NCBI GenBank assembly: GCA_001192655.1 | Contig: BBVC01000063.1 | Coordinates: forward strand, 1-22,120 | Direction of reading: 5' to 3' | DNA from: Caedimonas varicaedens | GTDB lineage: Bacteria > Pseudomonadota > Alphaproteobacteria > Caedimonadales > Caedimonadaceae | Length of the DNA stretch: 22,120 nt | Shown: piece after piece, positions 1-6,542 of the stretch | How the letters are laid out: every line of letters starts with the position of its first letter | Numbering within the stretch: position 1 is the stretch's first letter | Program-made: the position numbers and the translations under genes | Notes under the pieces: model-generated | Databases searched by the model: none | The model's input: the letters and a program-made list of their open reading frames with translations, nothing else | Told to the model about the DNA's origin: nothing

Positions 1-5
1 CGGTG

Positions 6-202
6 AATTCCGACTAAATCAGCAGCAGTTCTTGCTGGTGTTCCTGTAACAAAATATTCCGATCAATCGGAATTGCGTTGGATCTGAGAGTTTGCGATGC
101 TTTAAATACATCATGACAGCCTAACCTCTTTAAAAGAAGGGGACAGAACCTTAATTTTTATAACAAGTTTATATAAAAGAGATTTTTTATGAATAATTCC
201 GA
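6..202. repeat. Cluster of four copies of the octamer AATTCCGA (6-13 +, 56-62 + as tATTCCGA, 67-74 -, 195-202 +) in non-coding DNA
   Basis: Read directly from the sequence. Apart from this cluster I found the 7-mer ATTCCGA only once more in the window (about 15035, inside mutL). No ORF with a plausible start covers 1-274. Confidence 0.4.
56..73. promoter_or_regulatory. Perfect palindrome ATTCCGAT-CA-ATCGGAAT (8-bp arms, 2-bp spacer); candidate dimeric DNA-binding-protein operator
   Basis: The arms at 56-63 and 66-73 are exact reverse complements. Related half-sites flank it at 6-13 and 195-202. Any function is inferred only. Confidence 0.3.
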
Positions 203-274
203 AATTACTGTTGTTAACAGTACCATAATTTTCTGCTACCTTATCTTCTATCTGAATCAATACACCATAAAATG

Positions 275-1861
275 TTATGTTTCCATGTCAAAGGCTGCTT
301 TGAGAAGCCTTTGCGTATAGGGATGTTGCGGGTTTCTGAAAATTTCCTGACAAGCGCCTGATTCTACAACATTTCCTTCTTTCAGGACGATGACCTGGTG
401 GCTGATGGCTCGTACAATTTTCAGGTCATGGCTGATGAAAAGATAAGATAAAGCGTGCTCTTTTTGTAATTTCTTTAAAAGCTGAAGAATGTCCGCTTGT
501 ACTGCGCGATCCAGTGCAGAGGTTGGCTCATCTAAAATCAGTAATTTTGGCTTTAAAATCAGTGCGCGCGCGATAGAAATGCGCTGACGTTGCCCCCCTG
601 AGAATTCATGAGGGTATCGCGTTTTCATACTTTCTTCTAATCCTACTTCCCGAAGAACAGTCATGATACGTTCGGTGCGACCAGATGTCTCTAGTTCAGG
701 GAAATGCACTTCGAGACCTTCGCCGATAATCTCTTCGATCGTCATGCGGGGGCTAAGCGACGAGAAAGGATCCTGAAAAACGATTTGCATTTTTTTGCGG
801 AGGGGACGTATTTCTGTGCTGGAAAGTTTATCAAGCCGATGTCCCTCAAGACTGATTTCTCCTTGAGACGCAATAAGGCGCAAAATAGCCAGCGCTAGAG
901 TTGTCTTTCCGGAACCACTCTCTCCGACAATCCCCAACGTCTCTGCATGTCGAAGGGAAAGACTGATCTCATTAACGGCCTTTGTGTAACCTGCTGTTCT
1001 TCGAAAAAGCCCCTTTTTAAGAGGGAAATGGACAGAAAGATTTTGAACTTCCATCAGAATGGAAGATTCTTTTGGTAAGGGATCCGCTGTACCCTGAGGT
1101 TCTGAAGAAAGAAGACGTTGAGTATAGGGATGAGACGGCTTTATAAAAATATCCTTGACAGCTCCCGCTTCAACAATAACACCTTTTTCCATGACTGCCA
1201 CTTCCTGAGCCATCTTGCGCACAATTCCCAAATCATGGGTGATCAACAACAGTGCCATGCCAAATTTTTTTTGCAAATCACTCAATAATTTCAAAATTTC
1301 TGCCTGTGTTGTCACATCAAGTGCGGTGGTTGGCTCATCGGCAATCAGCAAATCCGGTTGACCCGCCAGCGCCATGGCAATCATGACGCGTTGTCGCTCA
1401 CCCCCCGAAAGTTGATGAGGATAAGCCTGGCATTTTTGTTCCGGGTCTTTTAATTGCACTAGTTTCAGCAAATCAAGAATCTGGGTGTGTGACGACGTTC
1501 CTGAATGCAGTTCAAAAACTTCCCTGATCTGTTTTTCTACTGTATGCAAGGGATTGAGTGATGTCATGGGTTCCTGGAAAACCATCGAAATACGCTTTCC
1601 CCGAACCTGTCGAATTTCTTTATCATTGCTTTTAAGCAAATCATGGTTGTCAAACAGAATTTTCCCCTGAGGATGAGAAGCGAATGGATAGGGCAGAAGT
1701 TTCAGAATTGAAAGAGCGCTGACTGATTTTCCAGAGCCGCTCTCACCTACCAGGGCAAATGTTTGTCCAGGCTGAACATCAAATGAGATTTCTTTCACAA
1801 CAAGTGTATCGCCAAAAGCAATGCTTAAATTTTCAACAGATAAAAGAGGATTTTTTGTCAA
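275..1861 (-). CDS. yejF: ABC transporter ATP-binding protein with duplicated ATPase domains, YejF-like (peptide/microcin C-type importer)
   Basis: 528 aa. Two Walker A motifs (GESGSGKS and GESGSGKT), two ABC signatures (LSGGERQR and FSGGQRQR) and two Walker B motifs (LLIADEPT, LLILDEPT). The N-terminus LLSVENLSIAF resembles E. coli YejF. The start is TTG at 1861, overlapping the yejE stop as TTGA. Confidence 0.92.
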   Translation of the reverse strand: MTKNPLLSVENLSIAFGDTLVVKEISFDVQPGQTFALVGESGSGKSVSALSILKLLPYPFASHPQGKILFDNHDLLKSNDKEIRQVRGKRISMVFQEPMTSLNPLHTVEKQIREVFELHSGTSSHTQILDLLKLVQLKDPEQKCQAYPHQLSGGERQRVMIAMALAGQPDLLIADEPTTALDVTTQAEILKLLSDLQKKFGMALLLITHDLGIVRKMAQEVAVMEKGVIVEAGAVKDIFIKPSHPYTQRLLSSEPQGTADPLPKESSILMEVQNLSVHFPLKKGLFRRTAGYTKAVNEISLSLRHAETLGIVGESGSGKTTLALAILRLIASQGEISLEGHRLDKLSSTEIRPLRKKMQIVFQDPFSSLSPRMTIEEIIGEGLEVHFPELETSGRTERIMTVLREVGLEESMKTRYPHEFSGGQRQRISIARALILKPKLLILDEPTSALDRAVQADILQLLKKLQKEHALSYLFISHDLKIVRAISHQVIVLKEGNVVESGACQEIFRNPQHPYTQRLLKAAFDMET

Positions 1862-2883
1862 CGTCGTATCTTTCTGGGATCAAAGGCATCGCGCACACCT
1901 TCACCAACAAAAATAAGAAGACTCAGTGTAAGCCCTACGCTAAAGAAAGAGACAAGCCCCAGCCACGGAGCTTGTAAATTATTTTTACCTTGCGCCAGCA
2001 TTTCACCCAGGGAAGGAGAACCGGGCGGCAATCCAAAACCCAAAAAATCAAGAGAGGTAAGCGTGGTAATGGCGCTGTTCAGAATAAAAGGCAGATACGT
2101 CAGTGTCGCCACCATGGCATTGGGCAGAATATGGCGAAACATGATTTTGGGAGTTGAAAGCCCAAGCGCACGAGCCGCGCGCACATAATCCAAATTACGC
2201 GCACGCAGAAATTCTGCACGTACCAGGTTCACCAACGCCATCCAGCTAAACATTAACATGAGACCCAAAAGCCACCAGAAATTGGGCTGAACCAGACTTC
2301 CCAAAATAATCAGTAAATAAAGGGTTGGCAGTCCTGACCAGATTTCAATAAAACGCTGGAAAAATAAATCGATTTTACCGCCAAAGTATCCCTGCACACC
2401 CCCCGCAATAACTCCGATTACGGAACTGCCCAAAGTAAGGACAAGACCAAATAATACTGAAATGCGGAATCCATAAATGAGACGTGCCAGCACGTCGCGT
2501 CCCTGATCATCTGTTCCCAAAAGGTTTTCCCATGTAGGAGAAGAGGGGGCTGGAACTGGAAGATCATAATTCACAGTACTATAGCTATACCGTCGGGGTG
2601 GCCAAAGAATCCAGCCATGGGTTTCCAAACGTTCCTTGATATAGGGGTCCCGGTAGTCTGCTTCTGTTTCAAAATCTCCTCCAAAGGTTGTTTCTGGATA
2701 AATCTTGAAAACAGGGAAATACCACCGCCCCTCATAAGAAATCATGAGCGGATTATCATTGGAAATGAGCTCGGCACCCAGCGTCAAAAAAAACAGAATA
2801 CAGAAAATCCACAAGGATACATAGCCGCGGCGATTTGTTTTAAAGTATTGCCAGCGACGATGTGTCAGCGGACTCAAAGCCAT
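1858..2883 (-). CDS. yejE: ABC transporter permease, YejE-like
   Basis: 341 aa, near-colinear with my recollection of E. coli YejE (RRGY..SLWIF, LLGTD..GRDVLARLIYG.RISVLFGL, VQPNFWWLL, VRAEFLR.RN.DY.RAA.ALG, LPNAMVATLT.LPFIL, LDFLGFGLP.GSPSLGE, GKNNLQAPWLG). ATG at 2883 is preceded by AGAAGGG. Confidence 0.93.
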   Translation of the reverse strand: MALSPLTHRRWQYFKTNRRGYVSLWIFCILFFLTLGAELISNDNPLMISYEGRWYFPVFKIYPETTFGGDFETEADYRDPYIKERLETHGWILWPPRRYSYSTVNYDLPVPAPSSPTWENLLGTDDQGRDVLARLIYGFRISVLFGLVLTLGSSVIGVIAGGVQGYFGGKIDLFFQRFIEIWSGLPTLYLLIILGSLVQPNFWWLLGLMLMFSWMALVNLVRAEFLRARNLDYVRAARALGLSTPKIMFRHILPNAMVATLTYLPFILNSAITTLTSLDFLGFGLPPGSPSLGEMLAQGKNNLQAPWLGLVSFFSVGLTLSLLIFVGEGVRDAFDPRKIRR

Positions 2884-2888
2884 ACTCT

Positions 2889-4001
2889 CTACCCTTCTCT
2901 TTTCTCAAAATCGATACGTGGATCAATGAACATATAGGTCAAATCTCCCAAAAAATGAATCAGTAGACCGATGAGCGTAAAAATAAAAAGCGTTCCAAAC
3001 ACAACGGGATAATCGCGGGAAATAGCTGATTCAAATCCCAATAATCCCAGACCATCCAGGGAAAAAATAACCTCGATCAAGAGAGAGCTTGTAAAAAAGA
3101 TATGGATAAAAGCGGCAGGAAAGCCTGACACAACAATCAACATCGCGTTTCGGAAAACATGACCATAGAGGACACGTCGTTCAGAAAGTCCTTTTGCTCG
3201 CGCTGTCAAGACATACTGCTTGTTAATTTCTTCCAGGAAAGAGTTTTTTGTCAGCAATGTCAGACTTGCAAATCCGCTAATAACATTGGCAAAGACAGGA
3301 AGTGTAATGTGCCAGAAATAATCAGAAATTTTATGAGGCCACGAAAACGTCGCCCAGTTATCTGAAGCAAGCCCTCGCAAGGGAAAGATTTGCAAAAAGC
3401 TGCCCCCCGCCAGAAAAACAATCAGAAAAATAGCAAAGAGGAAACTGGGGATCGCGTATCCCACAATGATGACCCAGCTTGTCCAAATGTCGAAGCGCTC
3501 TCCATCCGTGACCGCCTTGCGAATCCCCAGGGGAATCGAAATACAATAAATAAGAAGTGTTGACCATAACCCCAGAGAAATAGAAACAGGAAGTTTCTCT
3601 GCAATCAGTTTTGCTACAGAAATATCTCTGAAATAACTGTCTCCAAAATTGAATGTCAGATAGTTTTTAATCATTTTGCCAAAGCGAATATAGGCTGGTT
3701 GATCAAAGCCATACATTTTTTCAAGCTTTGCAATGAATTCGGGGTCGAGACCGCGGGCGCCGCGGTATTTGGATTCAAAATTTGAAGAGGCACCATGATC
3801 AATCATACTGTTGCCCTGAAACCCGTCACCTTCTGCTCCGGAAATGCGGGCGGTTGCTTCAACGGCTGTTCCCCTAAGTTTGGCAATCATTTGTTCAACG
3901 GGGCCGCCGGGTGCAGCTTGAATAATCATGAAATTAACAAGCAATATTCCAAAGAGTGTAGGAATCATCAGGAATAAGCGTCGAACAGCATAGGTCAGCA
4001 T
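2889..4001 (-). CDS. yejB: ABC transporter permease, YejB-like
   Basis: 370 aa. The N-terminus [23 protein letters not shown] and the binding-protein-dependent permease core ([22 protein letters not shown]) are typical of the DppB/OppB/YejB family. It sits 5 nt upstream of yejE. Confidence 0.9.
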   Translation of the reverse strand: MLTYAVRRLFLMIPTLFGILLVNFMIIQAAPGGPVEQMIAKLRGTAVEATARISGAEGDGFQGNSMIDHGASSNFESKYRGARGLDPEFIAKLEKMYGFDQPAYIRFGKMIKNYLTFNFGDSYFRDISVAKLIAEKLPVSISLGLWSTLLIYCISIPLGIRKAVTDGERFDIWTSWVIIVGYAIPSFLFAIFLIVFLAGGSFLQIFPLRGLASDNWATFSWPHKISDYFWHITLPVFANVISGFASLTLLTKNSFLEEINKQYVLTARAKGLSERRVLYGHVFRNAMLIVVSGFPAAFIHIFFTSSLLIEVIFSLDGLGLLGFESAISRDYPVVFGTLFIFTLIGLLIHFLGDLTYMFIDPRIDFEKREG

Positions 4002-4014
4002 AAATCAGGCGCTT

Positions 4015-5826
4015 TCAAGAAGTTGTTTCCCTATCCATCCACCAACACATCAGGTCAATCCCATAAGAAGGTAGCGTAGCTGGATGTTTGAGCGGAAGCC
4101 AATAGGCCACACGCGTTCCAATAATATGCCAGCCAGGAATAACGTAATATCCCCACAACAAGACACGGTCAAGGGCGTGAACGCGCTGGTTAAGACTTTC
4201 TCTGTCAGGCGCATCAATCACAAGGTTGACCAACTGATCCACGACAGGACTTTTAACGCCTGCCCAATTGAACCCACCGACGATATTCACCTGACTGGAA
4301 AGCCAGAATTCTCGCTGTTCATTCCCCGGTGTGGAAGATTGCGGAATGACCGCTGAAATCATATCAAAGTCATAATTTTCCACACGCTGAAGATATTGTG
4401 CAGAATCAACAGTGCGCACGCGAGCTTCAATTCCCAATCGTTTAAGATTGTTGATCAATCCCTGAATAATACGTTCAAGAGAAGGTTGTCCCAAAAGAAT
4501 TTCAAACACAAAAGGTTTTCCGGTCTTTACATTGACCAAAATATTCTTTTGAACTTGCCAACCTGCTTCTTTCAGGATTTGTTTTGCTTTTTCAAGGTTT
4601 AGTCTTAAACTTGAAGGCTTATTTGTAGAAGGAAGAACAAAGGGATTAGAAAAAACTTCTGGCGGTAATTGATCGCGATAGGATTCTAAAATCTTGAGTT
4701 CTTCGCCCTGAGGAAGTCCTGAAGAAGCAAGATCTGACCGCTGGAAATAGCTTTGGGTGCGTCGATAGGCATTATGGAAGAGATGTTGATTCATCCACTC
4801 AAAATCCAAGGCGTAAGCCAAAGCTTCACGCACTTTTCGATCCTGAAAAAGAGGTCGGCGAGTATTGTACAGAAAGCCCTGCATGGGGGCAGGCTCTCGA
4901 TCTATGGTTTCTTCCCTAAAAACTTTTCCTTCCTTAAAAGCAGGAAAATCATAGCCCGTTGCCCAATTCTTGGCGACGTTTTCTATATGAAAATCAAAAC
5001 TATGACTTTTGAAGGCTTCAAAAGCAATATTAGGGTCACGAAAATAATCAAAACGCATATGATCAAAATTATATCGTCCCCTATTAACGGGAATCTTTTC
5101 TCCCCACCAGTTTTTGATGCGATCATAAGTAAGGTACTTCCCAGCTTTGAAGTCTCCAATTTTATAGGGGCCGCTGCCCAAAGGGGGGGATAAGTCCGAT
5201 TTTTCAAACCCATATTTTTCTGTAAAGGATTTTGAAAAAACAGGGAATTGTCCCAGGATAACGGCAAGCTCTCGACTGGCGCTTGAGTCCAAAGTAAATT
5301 TTACCTTTAAATCATTGAGTGCTTCGATTTTTCTCACTGCTTTATAATATCCTTTATAGAAAGGAACACCTTTAGTGATAAGCATATTAAAACTGTAGAG
5401 GACGTCTTCTGCACGGATGGGCGTTCCATCATGAAATGTCGCCTCAGATCTAAGATTGAAAATAATCCACGTACGATCAGGAGAAATCTCTATGGATTCC
5501 GCCAGATAACCATAACAAGACCCTGGCTCATCATAGGAATGAGCGGTAAGACTGGCATAAACAAGTTCTTGAATCCCTACTGCGGCTTGTCCCTTGATCA
5601 CAAAAGGATTAAACGAGTCAAATGTGCCGGCGGCTTCCCTGCGAAGTATTCCCCCTTTGGGAGCTTGAGGATTGACGTAGTCAAAATGCTTAAAATCTTT
5701 AGGATATTTAACATCTCCATAAATCGCTACGCCCTGGAGTGGCTCAGAGCTATCCTCAGCGATAGCAAAAAAAGAGACAACGCCTAAACCTAGACTGAAG
5801 AAAAGACATTTTAAAAAGCTCAACAC
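4015..5826 (-). CDS. yejA: Periplasmic solute-binding protein, family 5 (peptide-binding), YejA-like
   Basis: 603 aa with an N-terminal signal peptide (MLSFLKCLFFSLGLGVVSFFAIA). Size and position upstream of yejBEF fit YejA. The start is GTG at 5826, with a strong SD (AGGTGA, 5831-5836 on the minus strand) 4 nt upstream. Confidence 0.85.
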   Translation of the reverse strand: MLSFLKCLFFSLGLGVVSFFAIAEDSSEPLQGVAIYGDVKYPKDFKHFDYVNPQAPKGGILRREAAGTFDSFNPFVIKGQAAVGIQELVYASLTAHSYDEPGSCYGYLAESIEISPDRTWIIFNLRSEATFHDGTPIRAEDVLYSFNMLITKGVPFYKGYYKAVRKIEALNDLKVKFTLDSSASRELAVILGQFPVFSKSFTEKYGFEKSDLSPPLGSGPYKIGDFKAGKYLTYDRIKNWWGEKIPVNRGRYNFDHMRFDYFRDPNIAFEAFKSHSFDFHIENVAKNWATGYDFPAFKEGKVFREETIDREPAPMQGFLYNTRRPLFQDRKVREALAYALDFEWMNQHLFHNAYRRTQSYFQRSDLASSGLPQGEELKILESYRDQLPPEVFSNPFVLPSTNKPSSLRLNLEKAKQILKEAGWQVQKNILVNVKTGKPFVFEILLGQPSLERIIQGLINNLKRLGIEARVRTVDSAQYLQRVENYDFDMISAVIPQSSTPGNEQREFWLSSQVNIVGGFNWAGVKSPVVDQLVNLVIDAPDRESLNQRVHALDRVLLWGYYVIPGWHIIGTRVAYWLPLKHPATLPSYGIDLMCWWMDRETTS

Positions 5827-5841
5827 ATATTCACCTATGAC

Positions 5842-6387
5842 TTAAGATTTTGGTAACGCGAGAGGAGAATCTCCTAAAGTTCTTAAATATGCAATAAGAT
5901 CAGCACGATCCTGGGTCTTTTTTATTCCTGCAAAAGCCATTTTGGTTCCCGGGATATGTTTTTGCGGGTGGTAAAGATAATCGTTCAATTCCCCATAAGT
6001 CCAAGTTCCTCCATGCCCCTTGAAAGCACTGGAATAGGCGTAACTCTCCAAATGAGCCACTTTGTTCCCCACAATTCCCCATAAGTTGGGACCGACTTTA
6101 TTGGCGCCTCCTTTTTCGAGTGTATGACACTGAAGGCATTTTTTTGCAATATCTTGTCCATGTTCAATATTAGCAGAGGCGAGAAGAGGTTCGATGGGCT
6201 CAGTTTTGGCTTCTTCCTGGGGTAAGGCGGCAGGAGATGATTCCTCTTGAGTGACCTCGATAGGATAGGCATCTGTTGCAAGATAACGGGGAGAAACAAG
6301 TTCATCGGAAAGTTTTGAGACCAGCATTCCAAGGAGAAGCGCCAAAAGCGCCGCTGCAAGCGTGCGATTTAATTCAAAACCATCCAT
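5842..6387 (-). CDS. cycM: Membrane-anchored mitochondrial-type (class I) cytochrome c, CycM-like
   Basis: 181 aa. It has an N-terminal TM anchor (LAAALLALLLGMLV), an acidic/Pro-rich linker and a haem site CLQCH. Class I cytochrome c signatures are present: GPNLWG, IPGTKMAFAGIKK, DLIAYL. Confidence 0.88.
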   Translation of the reverse strand: MDGFELNRTLAAALLALLLGMLVSKLSDELVSPRYLATDAYPIEVTQEESSPAALPQEEAKTEPIEPLLASANIEHGQDIAKKCLQCHTLEKGGANKVGPNLWGIVGNKVAHLESYAYSSAFKGHGGTWTYGELNDYLYHPQKHIPGTKMAFAGIKKTQDRADLIAYLRTLGDSPLALPKS

Positions 6388-6454
6388 TATGAAGAAAAGC
6401 CCCCATTGTTTAATTTAAGGTCGAGACTATCAAGAATTTAAACATTTGACTACA

Positions 6455-6464
6455 CTTGCGCAAG
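6455..6464. promoter_or_regulatory. 10-bp perfect palindrome CTTGCGCAAG in the divergent cycM/ileS intergenic region
   Basis: Self-complementary sequence read directly. It lies in the 149-155 bp divergent promoter region. No function is known. Confidence 0.15.
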
Positions 6465-6542
6465 AAGCCAGTGGAACATTTTGCAAAGTTGGTGTAAGCA
6501 AAAAGGTATTCCTCAAGTTTTATAATAAAGAGCCTGGTGCCA

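Noticed and set aside
1-59. Open minus-strand frame reading SEYFVTGTPARTAADLVGIH off the left edge, and a plus-strand frame ending at about 49 (GEFRLNQQQFLLVFL*)
   Set aside because: The minus frame has no ATG, GTG or TTG start after its upstream stop. The plus fragment covers only 15 codons and has no recognisable motif. Neither can be supported from this window.
125-142. Weak hairpin CCTCTTT-AAAA-GAAGGGG that might be a terminator
   Set aside because: The stem has 7 bp with two G-U pairs on the plus strand only and has no following U tract. On the minus strand, where the yejF transcript runs, the wobbles become C-A mismatches.
1265-1272. Homopolymeric A/T runs of 8 nt inside coding regions (also 2786-2793 and about 21955-21962) as possible frameshift or pseudogene sites
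   Set aside because: All affected genes keep full-length intact frames with conserved motifs on both sides of the runs. The runs are consistent with AT-rich composition.
4753-5193. 146-aa plus-strand ORF, and similar ORFs at 4084-4356, 4396-4602, 5431-5787 and 4983-5267, inside yejA
   Set aside because: These lie antisense to, or out of frame with, a well-supported CDS. They are low-complexity and Lys/Ile/Phe-rich, as expected from an AT-rich antisense reading, and have no SD.
5985-6359. 124-aa alternative-frame ORF on the same strand within cycM, and a 60-aa ORF at 5900-6082
   Set aside because: The cycM frame carries the CxxCH haem site and the full set of cytochrome c signatures. The alternate frames have no recognisable features.
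6537-6542. GTG 6537 as the ileS start
   Set aside because: ATG 6543 gives MTDYKNTL..., the canonical IleS N-terminus, with AAGAG about 10 nt upstream. The two extra codons cannot be excluded but are less likely.
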